DNA of 61,892 bases. Source: an uncultured Candidatus Saccharibacteria bacterium. GTDB taxonomy: Bacteria; Patescibacteriota; UBA1384; DTJR01. The translations under genes and the position numbers were made by a program. A model generated the notes under the pieces. That model was not told where the DNA came from. It did not search any database and was given only the letters and a program-made list of their open reading frames with translations. Positions 8,368 to 16,142 of the stretch are shown piece by piece. Where the stretch lies: positions 1 to 61,892 of the forward strand of contig CAZOJE010000004.1 of assembly GCA_964580065.1 (NCBI GenBank), in the 5' to 3' direction. How positions within the stretch are numbered: position 1 is the first letter of the stretch; each line of letters starts with the position of its first letter.

Positions 8368-9499
8368 TTACGCTGAAAGTTCAGCCAAACAAAACGGCAA
8401 ACCGCAAGCGCAACAATCGTACCTTACAAGTTATACACTCCTTCGGCCGGTGATCTTGAATAAAGATAGTCGGCCGTTGAGGAGGGGCAAAGATTTGTAA
8501 GAAGAATTTTGACAATAAGGGCCTGAAGAACGATACCGGTTCTATCAGGTTTCGGGGAAACTAATAAAAGTTTCCTTTGACTTACAAAAAGAGAGGTTAC
8601 GCCGAACGTTAAAAAACGATCTCGCGTAACCAGCCCGGACGGTTTCTATATATAATATACGAAATCGTCTACAAGGGCCTGTAAGCTCTTCTAAGGGGTC
8701 GTATTGCTCCCCTGCCGTAAAAAGCAAATGTAATACAAAGTTGCTGTCTGATTACCCTAGCGGTGATTCGGCAGCAGTCCAAGTCTCTCTTTGAGTGGTT
8801 TATTTAAGGAGGGACGTCCATAAAGGCGGCTGGTTAAGTTAAAAGCAAAACCAGCCGCTCTATGGGCGAAAAGCCCTAGAGTTTGCTCATTGGCGCTCCA
8901 TTAGGGGCCGTCAATGAGTAACGCTTGTCCGGAAGCTAAAGCCCGGCATGCGTCCTCCATTAAGGAGGATGCATGACCGGGCCCGGAATAGCTGGGTGGG
9001 GTGGCCCTTCCGCGGACCCCATTCAGTGAAAAAGGTGAAATCGGCCGGCAAAAGCCGAGCCGATAACCGCCAACGTGCGCTCAAAAGAGCGCACCGCGGA
9101 AGGGCCGGGTCAGTTCAGCGGGAGCTGACTCGGTGTTACACATTCACCCCACTTGCCGCCGTTATTAATGGCGCCAAGTGGGGCATCCCGCTCCCAGGGA
9201 GACTCTGCTTCGGCAGAGTCTCCCTAAGACTTTACAATTAGACGAGATGAGTTGAGCCGGATTGAACAATCCGACTTTATCGTGTCGGGTGCTAATTGCA
9301 TTTCGGCAATATAAGGAATCTGCTTCGGCAGGTTCTGATTGTTTGGATTTATTTGTTTCTGATTCCGACTGTCAAAAAAACAGTAGAAACTTTCGAAGAT
9401 GGAATTTATTTCCAATCGGGAAAGGTGAAACAGAAACAGTGCGGCACGAGAGCTGGTTTATTTGAAATTCGAATAAACTGGCTTCGTGCCGTTTGTGTT
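8368..9499 (+). ncRNA. Candidate large (about 1.1 kb) structured non-coding RNA of unassigned class
   Basis: The region is bounded by the promoter at 8333-8361 and the terminator at 9442-9499. It has no credible ORF despite a GC-rich core. It is packed with long, near-perfect hairpins, often with UUCG, GAAA or AAAA loops:
- ggcggctggtt..aaccagccgc (8825-8859)
- ctctatgggc-gaaa-gccctagag
- gcccggcatgcgtcctcc-atta-ggaggatgcatg.ccgggc (8941-8981)
- gggagactctgc-ttcg-gcagagtctccc (9197-9224)
A 13-bp long-range helix, ggcccttccgcgg (9003-9015) with ccgcggaagggcc (9094-9106), encloses two AAAA-loop hairpins. Confidence 0.45.
9442..9499 (+). terminator. Intrinsic terminator closing the candidate ncRNA
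   Basis: A long hairpin, cggcacga..tggtttattt..aaataaactgg..tcgtgccg (9442-9491), is followed by tttgtgtt. Confidence 0.55.
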
Positions 9500-9990
9500 A
9501 AAAAGCCCAAAGCGAGTTTGGTAAGAGCGACTAAAATTTAGCGGACATTCGAATTTGTGGCCTATGCGGTGATCGATCCGGCCGTCCTTGGCGAGGATAC
9601 GCGCGAGCAAATTGCGCGCTGTCTCTCGTCGGGGATGACCGAACCACTAATCTAGGGGCCTCGGCAAGTGGGTTTGGCACAGAAAGATCCAGCCCACCTC
9701 CAATATAACCCTGCACGACGGGTAGATCGTGCGGTCCAAGCTTGCGGACCTAAGTGGGGACCAACATATAAGCCAACCTTGATGGCAAGGAGTGAAATTG
9801 TTGGCGAGACCGCAAAAAGCAAAGTTCCAGGTCGCCTTCAGGTGACCTTAATCAGGGCCGGTATAAACCCCGGCCCTCCACTCTAAGTACAGCAGAAGAA
9901 GTTCGCGAATTGTTTCGTGATTTTCTCTGTCGTACTAGATCGTAGCTTAAAAGCGCGGTCAATCGTTATGCCAAAAAGGAGGGATACCAA

Positions 9991-10473
9991 ATGGCAGATA
10001 CGCCCTTCCTCGGGCGGCTGGCGGGGGGAGAGGCGGTCTACGACCGCTTCAACTCCCACCTCCACCCGGGGGTGGTCGAAATCCTGCCCGAGGCGCTGGC
10101 GCAAGTCAATGCTAACGGCAGGCAGTTTCTGGTCGAGGAGGCGGTTTTTGACCACCCGATCGGCCAGACGATCTGCGTCGCCACTGGGGCCGGCGATCAG
10201 GTTGTTTACGCCCAGCGCCCCAAGCGTGCTGGCCTCTCCAGGTTCGTGAGCAATCGCGAACCGGAGGAGAGCTCCAGCGTTACCGTGATCCTCAAGGCGG
10301 GGGGTCGCGGTGAGTATGTTCTGATCACCGCCTTCGTCGGGGCGCCGGCGCCGCCGGAGCCCTGGGACAGGAACGCCACCGAGCAATCGGTGCCGTTTTG
10401 GTCAACTCACGCCCTCTGTTGGGGCGCCGAGGAGACCATCCCAGGCACCGAGACGCCGGAGTGCCCCTGGTAG
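9991..10473 (+). CDS. Hypothetical protein (160 aa), GC-rich, no family recognised
   Basis: A strong SD (aaaaaggaggg) lies about 7 nt upstream of the ATG. The gene has the same orientation and composition as the downstream AAA+/VWA genes. The antisense ORF 9883..10386 looks like a GC-rich artefact. Confidence 0.6.
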   Translation: MADTPFLGRLAGGEAVYDRFNSHLHPGVVEILPEALAQVNANGRQFLVEEAVFDHPIGQTICVATGAGDQVVYAQRPKRAGLSRFVSNREPEESSSVTVILKAGGRGEYVLITAFVGAPAPPEPWDRNATEQSVPFWSTHALCWGAEETIPGTETPECPW

Positions 10474-10649
10474 TTTGTCTTTCAAGCTGACCTGCAAATT
10501 CACCGAGAGAGGCGGGTCAGCGCTTCTCTCCATGGCTGCCGTAAAGGTGATCCGCGGCCGACAAAAACGCGGGCCTCGCAAGGCGTTATCCGCCCCTTAA
10601 AGAAGGCGGGTGATGGCGCTAAAGAGGGAAAAAGAAGGGAGGCCCTAAA

Positions 10650-11726
10650 ATGGGTCTCTACGAGAAGATTCTGGCGGCTTTGTCCGCCAAGTTCGTACGG
10701 TGCGAGGAGATCGCCCGTATTCTCGCGCTGGCTGTTGCCTCAGGCAGGAACGTCCTGCTTTGGGGCCCCGGCGGGCATGGCAAGTCGGAGATGGTCGCGG
10801 CGGCTCTCGAGGTCGTCGCGGCCGAGACCGAAGTCTTCGTCCAGTCCTTCGGTGAGGGCATGGACGAGGCCACCCTCTGGGGTGGCCTGGACTTTGCTGC
10901 TCTGGAGGGCGAGAAGGAGCTCCGGTATCATCCGGAAAACTCCTTCCTCGCCAAGCGCTTCGCCGTTTTCGAAGAGGTGTTTGATGCGCCAGCGGTCGTA
11001 CTGCTTGCGCTGAAGGACACGCTCACTGCGCGCCGCTTGCGAAAAGGCGCACAGAGCTTCCCGATGACCACTCGGGTCGTCATCGGGATCACGAACCGTG
11101 ACCCGGAGGAAGTCGCTGATCTGGGACCGGCTGCTGCCGCCCTGATTGAGCGGTTTCCCCTCCAGCTCCATGTTCGCTGGCCGTCGTATAAGGCCAGCGA
11201 TTACAATTCCATGTTCGCTAAGGTCGCGCCGTCACTCCCCGGCGCTGACCTTAATGGCTCGTGCGGAGTGCTCGCCGAGCTGATCGCCAAAGCCGGCGAG
11301 GGAGATAGCCCCATCTCCCCCCGGAGCGCCGTGTACGCGCTCGGGGTAGTCAAGGCCGCGGCCGCGTTGCGCGGAGACGGCCAGGTTCACAAGGAGGACC
11401 TGGTTGACCTGCGCTTCATCGACGGCCTCGAGGGATTGGCGGATAATATCCGCCAGGAACTCGATCAGGCTTTCGAACGAGCGGCCGCCGAGGGGCGGCT
11501 CAAGGAGGCGGAGCGCAGGCTTCAGAGCCTCCTCGGCGAGTACGGGCAGGCAGACAGCCCAATCAAATGTCTGCAGGCGGCCAGGCGTTTTCTCGCCTTC
11601 CAAGACGAGGTCGCTAACCTGGCCGTGACCGACGGCCTGACCGACCGCCGGAAATCGCTGCGGGAGACCGCGGCGACTAAGGCGGCCGAGGCGCAAGCCA
11701 AGGCCATGGAAACGACCCGCATCTAG
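10650..11726 (+). CDS. MoxR-like (AAA_5-type) AAA+ ATPase with C-terminal coiled-coil extension
   Basis: Walker A is VLLWGPGGHGKSEM and the Walker B-like segment is RFAVFEEVFDA, followed by ALKDTL..R...VVIGITN. The SD gaagggagg lies upstream of the ATG. Confidence 0.75.
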   Translation: MGLYEKILAALSAKFVRCEEIARILALAVASGRNVLLWGPGGHGKSEMVAAALEVVAAETEVFVQSFGEGMDEATLWGGLDFAALEGEKELRYHPENSFLAKRFAVFEEVFDAPAVVLLALKDTLTARRLRKGAQSFPMTTRVVIGITNRDPEEVADLGPAAAALIERFPLQLHVRWPSYKASDYNSMFAKVAPSLPGADLNGSCGVLAELIAKAGEGDSPISPRSAVYALGVVKAAAALRGDGQVHKEDLVDLRFIDGLEGLADNIRQELDQAFERAAAEGRLKEAERRLQSLLGEYGQADSPIKCLQAARRFLAFQDEVANLAVTDGLTDRRKSLRETAATKAAEAQAKAMETTRI

Positions 11727-11747
11727 CGGGAGAAAGGAGGCGGAAGC

Positions 11748-13157
11748 GTGTCTTACACCTTCCGCACATCACCTCCCGCCACCTACCTCCCGCCGACGGC
11801 GGAGGAGATGCGGGTAGCGGCCGATCGTGTCGAGCTGAAAGGTTTCTCGCGCGACTTGGTCGCCGATCTGTGCAACCTGGCCGCGGGCGGGGTTGTTAAC
11901 CCCCCGTCGGCCTATCGCGCCGAAGTGACGCGGCGAGCAGAGGAGCAACTGCCAGCTCCTAACTCGAGCAACCAATGGCAGATTTCGAAGCGCGATAGCA
12001 AGGGCAAAAAGCAGACCGCCTATACTACGTCCCGCCTTGAGGCGGTCACCGCCAACGCCGAGGAAACCATGAGGTACCACCAAAATGTCTGCGATTTTCT
12101 GCAGGCGGTGGACCTTTCGGCCTTCCCCGGCACCTCGCCCCTTGAGCAGGCGATGAGTTTGCTCAAACTCCTGTCCAAGAAGCAAGGAGGACAGGGCGGC
12201 GGTGAGGGTGGCGAACCGCTTCCGATCTTCCAGGAGAGCGAGCGGCCGGAAGGTGTGGCCGAGTCGCTCGAGGACACCATGGATATGGTGGACTCACTCT
12301 CGGAGGAAGAGCAAGATATGCTCGACCCCGAGGGTCAGAACCACGAAATTGAGTCGGAGGAGAGCGATGGTCAACGTACCGGCCATAAGTCGCTCGACCG
12401 GCTCAAGGTCGCCGAAGACCTGGTCGAGGGATGTGATAAGCGGGTGATGCTCGACATCTCCCGTACCCTCGATCAGTTCACCAAGCTGCAGGTCCGTCGC
12501 CAGCGCAAGCTGGAAGCGGACCCGGCTGGTGATGAAGTCCGATCGCGGCCGATGCGCCACCTTGGGGAATTGTCCCGGGTGGCCCCGTCAAGCTGGGCAC
12601 TGCGCCAGGAGGCGCCTTCGTACTTCTTGTACAAGGCTGTCTCCGGACAGCTGCCCGTCCGCGAGCGCGTCACGAGGATTGAGCGCCGACAGGCGATCTT
12701 CATCCTCGTTGACGGCTCCGGCAGTATGCGCGGCCGGAAGCACTGGAAAGCGAGCGGGGTTGTTATGAACCGCTTGAAGGCAGTGCTCTCCGGCGATGCC
12801 GAGGTCTGGGTGAGTGTTTTTGACACCCAGCTCGGCAAGACCCAACATGCCGGAACTCCGGAGGAGGCCCGCGAGCTGATCAAGAAGTTCGCTGCGCGTA
12901 ACTTCTCCGGCGGTGGCACGGACATTGCCGCATCCATCCGCGCCGCCCACAAGTACATCGAGGACGCGATCAAGAGCGGGGCAGCATTGTATCGCCCCGA
13001 GATCGTCGTCCTCACTGATGAGGACTCCTCCGTGGCAAACCTCCGCAAGGAGGAGCTCCCGGGCACGCGAGTGCACGGGATCGCCATGGGGGTCACCAAC
13101 CCCAAACTGGTGGAGTTCGCTAAGTCCACCGGCGGGGTTGGCATCGACAAATTCTAG
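11748..13157 (+). CDS. VWA-domain protein with MIDAS motif and an acidic central linker (partner of the AAA+ ATPase)
   Basis: A GTG start follows aaaggagg by 8 nt and lies 21 nt after the AAA+ stop. The C-terminal VWA domain reads AIFILVDGSGSMRG...FSGGGTDIA...IVVLTDED (DxSxS...T...D MIDAS). The acidic stretch is DSLSEEEQDMLDPEGQNHEIESEESD, as seen in CobT/BchD/NorD-type partners. Confidence 0.8.
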   Translation: MSYTFRTSPPATYLPPTAEEMRVAADRVELKGFSRDLVADLCNLAAGGVVNPPSAYRAEVTRRAEEQLPAPNSSNQWQISKRDSKGKKQTAYTTSRLEAVTANAEETMRYHQNVCDFLQAVDLSAFPGTSPLEQAMSLLKLLSKKQGGQGGGEGGEPLPIFQESERPEGVAESLEDTMDMVDSLSEEEQDMLDPEGQNHEIESEESDGQRTGHKSLDRLKVAEDLVEGCDKRVMLDISRTLDQFTKLQVRRQRKLEADPAGDEVRSRPMRHLGELSRVAPSSWALRQEAPSYFLYKAVSGQLPVRERVTRIERRQAIFILVDGSGSMRGRKHWKASGVVMNRLKAVLSGDAEVWVSVFDTQLGKTQHAGTPEEARELIKKFAARNFSGGGTDIAASIRAAHKYIEDAIKSGAALYRPEIVVLTDEDSSVANLRKEELPGTRVHGIAMGVTNPKLVEFAKSTGGVGIDKF

Positions 13158-13836
13158 TCCGTAAGGGCGAAAGGAGGTGGCCGCGTGATACGCGGACCGC
13201 CCAGTTCGGGTCCAAGGGGTAGGACCGAGTCAAAATAATTACCCCCGATGGCTAGGCATCGATCACCTGAGCAACCCCTGATACCTCCCTAGAACGGTCC
13301 AAAGGCAGGGGCGTAACCCACCACGCACGGGGGCACACCGGTCTGGAATTATCCCGAGGTCTCACAGCGTGAGATCGTTGAAGGAGAAATTCTCGGTCAG
13401 CCGGTGACCTGTTAAACATGAAACAGGTAATACAAAATTCATGTCCGTAACAGATATTTAAGTGTTTTCATCTGCTACGAGTAGCCTCGAGAATAAAGAG
13501 GCAAAAACATTCGGGTCAGTCTAAGCCGGTAACGGCTGGCCTGTACTGCTACCGGTTCCAGGTGACGCCTTTCGGGGCGTCACCGCGCAATATTCCAGGC
13601 CGCGACTTAGGTCGTGGCATCATATCAGGGTGGTGAAAGCAATTTCATCACCCTAACCTCTTCGTGAAACTATAAGTTTCTTTTAGAAATTTAAGCTCCC
13701 CGAAGAATTCGCGGGATATCCTTAACCCTTGGGAGGATTAAAGATAAGAGTTGTAATGCTGTGGGCGGGGGATGATGCAGGAGGAAGTCGATTTCCTCTT
13801 GCAGATCTCCCAAGGCCTGAAAAGAGGTGCTGGGAG

Positions 13837-14067
13837 ATGTTTAGCCCACTCGGTCCGCTCCGCCTTTCGCCCGAGGCGGAGCAAGAACGCCGGAAGGAGG
13901 TCCTGATCAAGTTCGCCCGGCAGGTTTGCCGGGCGGAGGGGAGGGATCCCAATTCCCTCCCCAAAGCAGAACTCCTCCGCCTGTTAAAGCAGGTGGAGGA
14001 TAAGTTCGCCGACGTAGAACTCGGCGAACTTATAGCGTTTGCGGACATGCTCCGCAAACGCCGCTGA
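13837..14067 (+). CDS. Small hypothetical protein (76 aa from the preferred start), GC-rich
   Basis: The supplied ORF is 13729..14067 with a TTG start. Third-position GC rises sharply only after the ATG at 13837, which is preceded by agaggtg. A strong terminator follows immediately. The start is uncertain (alternatives at 13756 and 13729). Confidence 0.45.
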   Translation: MFSPLGPLRLSPEAEQERRKEVLIKFARQVCRAEGRDPNSLPKAELLRLLKQVEDKFADVELGELIAFADMLRKRR

Positions 14068-14072
14068 TCCCG

Positions 14073-14122
14073 GGGCGTGCTGGTTGAGGATTCGTCCGAA
14101 ACCAGCACGCCCTTTTGTTTTT
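14073..14122 (+). terminator. Strong intrinsic terminator ending the GC-rich cassette
   Basis: A 13-bp perfect stem, gggcgtgctggtt (14073-14085) with aaccagcacgccc (14100-14112), is followed by ttttgttttt. Confidence 0.8.
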
Positions 14123-14192
14123 GCCAATAAGCCCGTCGTATCCAACCTTTAAAATCGGCCAAATTACGCTAAAAAAATCAAATGCAAAAATT

Positions 14193-14212
14193 TGCTATAA
14201 TATAATCAAATG
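14193..14212 (+). promoter_or_regulatory. Extended -10 promoter giving a leaderless or near-leaderless mRNA
   Basis: TGcTATAAT spans 14193-14201. The ATG at 14210 is 8 nt after the -10 element, with no SD. Confidence 0.45.
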
Positions 14213-14755
14213 AAAAAAAAGCCAGAAACAAAAGACGCAAAAACCAACTCAAAGGACAAAAACGATACCAAAAAAGCGGTAAATATTTTTGATGAAAACG
14301 CAATTTTACGTTGGAAAGCCCCCGATTACTATACTTTTGAAAAAAGTCCCCTCTGGTCTTTGGCGATTGGTTTGCTGGCAATTATTTTGTCGTTAGTTTT
14401 AATTTATACTTCAAACTATTTTCCGGTGATTATTATAATTTTAGCCGTTATTGTGACCTTTCAAGTGGCGCACGAGAAACCAAAAACGCAAGAATTTGCC
14501 ATCGACAAAGGCGGTGTTTTGTCGCGTGAAACTTATTTTCCTTTTTTAGAATTGAAATCGTTTTGGATCGCCCGCCACGACCGAAAAACTGTTCTTTACC
14601 TCGAACCGGTTAATCGAATAAAAAGCTCTATTGTCATTCCCCTAGGTAAACAAAACTCAACCGAGGTGAGAAATTTCCTTTTGCAATACCTGCCCGAAAA
14701 GCTTGAGGGCGGCGAACTTATTAGCGACAAATTGATTAGAATTTTTAAATTATAA
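14210..14755 (+). CDS. Membrane protein with two TM helices and a C-terminal soluble domain (possibly bacterial PH-like)
   Basis: The 181-aa ORF is AT-rich like the host. It has a lysine-rich N-terminus and then two hydrophobic helices (LWSLAIGLLAIILSLVLIY and FPVIIIILAVIVTF). Confidence 0.7.
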   Translation: MKKKPETKDAKTNSKDKNDTKKAVNIFDENAILRWKAPDYYTFEKSPLWSLAIGLLAIILSLVLIYTSNYFPVIIIILAVIVTFQVAHEKPKTQEFAIDKGGVLSRETYFPFLELKSFWIARHDRKTVLYLEPVNRIKSSIVIPLGKQNSTEVRNFLLQYLPEKLEGGELISDKLIRIFKL

Positions 14756-14854
14756 GATCATAAAAATTGCCCTAATTGAAAAAACATTAAACGGCAATTA
14801 AGTTTGTCGTTTTTTAAATAGAAATAAAAAAACACTAAATATTCAACCCACTAA

Positions 14855-14904
14855 AACCGACGAAGGGCGGTGGACGGATCGCTTTCGCGACCCGTCCACC
14901 GCCC
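14855..14904 (-). terminator. Terminator hairpin 3' of the 345-aa GC-rich gene
   Basis: A 13-bp perfect stem, gggcggtggacgg (14865-14877) with ccgtccaccgccc (14892-14904), is followed on the - strand by a weak U tract (cgguuuuag). Confidence 0.55.
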
Positions 14905-14912
14905 CGAACTCA

Positions 14913-15950
14913 CTACAGTTGGGCTTTCTCCATCAGAGCCCGTACCACGGTGCGATTCTGGAAGAGAAGAAGCCCCCTTTCAGCGGAGCCATTGGGATAT
15001 TTCCCCTCGTCCTGCAGAACGGTGAAAAGCCCCGATTGGTCCATCCTCGTCTCCAGCCCAGAGAACGAGAAGGGGGGCTCAACTCTTAATCTCAAAGACT
15101 CCATAGTCCCTTCGGAAAACAATCTTCCGAAGCCGACCACCCTATTTTCCCCTTGAGGAGTGAAGACACAAAAGGCAAATTCCTTTGGCAGAGAGGGGGA
15201 GAGATGCTTGTTCTTAGTTTTGGCCCAGATAGAGCCAATCTCCTCTCGGCACCATTCCTCCTCTTGGGCGATAACAACAAGTTTGTCCGTGAAGTCCTTT
15301 GGGACAAGCACAAAACGGAAGAAGTCGTCAACGAACTCTTGAGCAAGGATCTCACAGAGCTCGTTTTCAACTCGCCATTCGATCGGCTCAATCGTAAACA
15401 ACCCCCGTGGGTCATTCACGGTTTTGGGTATCAGCAACGATCTTAGCGCGTAAGCCACCTTCGTCTTAATGGCGTAAGCACCAAGCTCCGCCATTGGTTG
15501 AGGAACCGGCAAGCACCCCCCGCGTAACAGGGCGCCGATAAATGCGTCCAAAACATCTCGCGCCCATTGGGCACCCCCAAACGCTAAGGATATAAAATCC
15601 GACCAGACGCCCGCCGGAGCCATCGCCAGTGTCTTTTTGGCGATTTCGAAACGCGTCACGGAGTCAACGAGGTCCATCGCCTCGCTGACCCACTTCACAA
15701 CTCCTGGATTGTGATAACCCAGAAAAGATTCCGGCCAGAGACCGCCATACTTGCCTTCCAGCAGCTCTCTGGCAACATAAGCCCAGATACGCTTCTGACA
15801 CATCAGAGACTGGGCGAGGCAGAAGAAAAGATCTTCTCTCTCCCTTTCTCCCCGCTCTTTGTCTGCCGTGACAATTGCCCACATTCGAGCAAACTGCTCT
15901 GGGTGATTGCCGATAACATGAAAAAGCTCCTCCCGATCTCTTTCTTTCAT
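14913..15950 (-). CDS. Hypothetical protein (345 aa), GC-rich orphan
   Basis: This is a long ORF with aaggagg 6 nt upstream of the ATG and its own terminator. No motif was recognised. AT-rich sequence flanks it on both sides. Confidence 0.65.
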   Translation of the reverse strand: MKERDREELFHVIGNHPEQFARMWAIVTADKERGEREREDLFFCLAQSLMCQKRIWAYVARELLEGKYGGLWPESFLGYHNPGVVKWVSEAMDLVDSVTRFEIAKKTLAMAPAGVWSDFISLAFGGAQWARDVLDAFIGALLRGGCLPVPQPMAELGAYAIKTKVAYALRSLLIPKTVNDPRGLFTIEPIEWRVENELCEILAQEFVDDFFRFVLVPKDFTDKLVVIAQEEEWCREEIGSIWAKTKNKHLSPSLPKEFAFCVFTPQGENRVVGFGRLFSEGTMESLRLRVEPPFSFSGLETRMDQSGLFTVLQDEGKYPNGSAERGLLLFQNRTVVRALMEKAQL

Positions 15951-15987
15951 TCCGCTTCCTCCTTATCAGCTGCAAATCAAGGTGCAT

Positions 15988-16006
15988 GTGATCTACAAAA
16001 GATCAC
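15988..16006. promoter_or_regulatory. Perfect 7-bp inverted repeat (operator candidate) upstream of the 345-aa gene
   Basis: gtgatct-N5-agatcac lies 38-56 nt upstream of the start codon at 15950. Confidence 0.35.
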
Positions 16007-16142
16007 GAAAAAATAGCATTTTCAATGCCATAAATCAATGGCGGCTCTTTAAATTATCGGTTAATTCTGCTTTAAATATAGATAGCGTTTCACAAAAATG
16101 GAGGCAAGCGACCTAACCATTTTGTTAATTTTGGAGGTTATT

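Noticed and set aside
8368-8760. tmRNA, SRP RNA or 6S RNA in the AT-richer 5' part of the ncRNA region. I noted GCC/GCA-initiated reading frames and a GUCCGGAAG string at 8927.
   Set aside because: There is no GGGGCUGA 5' end or tRNA-like CCA 3' end, and no plausible tag ending in hydrophobic residues plus a stop. The GGAA tetraloop context of SRP domain IV does not pair.
9028-9085. Cobalamin-riboswitch-like strings (GGUGAAAUC ... ACCGCCAACGUG), considered because the AAA+/VWA pair resembles CobS/CobT.
   Set aside because: The GGGAA element and the GCCACUG B12 box are not matched. The segment also lies about 900 nt upstream of the first gene, with a terminator in between.
8808-9282. Possible RNase P RNA (rnpB). 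In order along the region I noted GGAGGGACGUCCAUAAAGG (CR-I-like), AGGUGAAA...AAGAGCGCACCGCG (resembling the E. coli M1 segment GGUAAGAGCGCACCGCG as I recall it), and AGAUGAGU..13 nt..ACAAUCCGACUUUAUCG (CR-IV/V-like).
   Set aside because: The near-invariant GGAAAGUCC is not present. I could not build a P4 helix between the candidate strands, and each candidate strand is already consumed by a strong local hairpin. The AAGAGCGCAC segment is simply one arm of a perfect AAAA-loop hairpin. The idea is left as something cmscan (RF00010/RF00011) must decide and is not called.
13010-13045. A hammerhead-ribozyme-like CUGAUGAG string.
   Set aside because: It lies inside the conserved VWA coding region (VLTDEDSS). 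No GAAA/stem III partner or flanking helices are present.
9883-13150. Long antisense or out-of-frame ORFs inside the GC-rich genes (for example 9883..10386, 10740..11171, 11232..11696, 11769..12185, 12473..13150 and 12588..13076; likewise 29089..29586, 29872..30390 and 29888..30235 in the second island).
   Set aside because: These are typical shadow ORFs of GC-rich coding sequence, with Arg/Pro/Ser/Gly-rich low-complexity translations and no SD. They overlap ORFs that carry clear Walker, MIDAS or Nudix motifs.
13185-13238. A 17-codon ORF (GTG start) 28 nt after the VWA stop, preceded by a very good SD (aaaggaggt).
   Set aside because: It is too short to support from sequence alone. It could be a leader peptide or a chance feature. 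It is noted in case ribosome profiling or conservation supports it.
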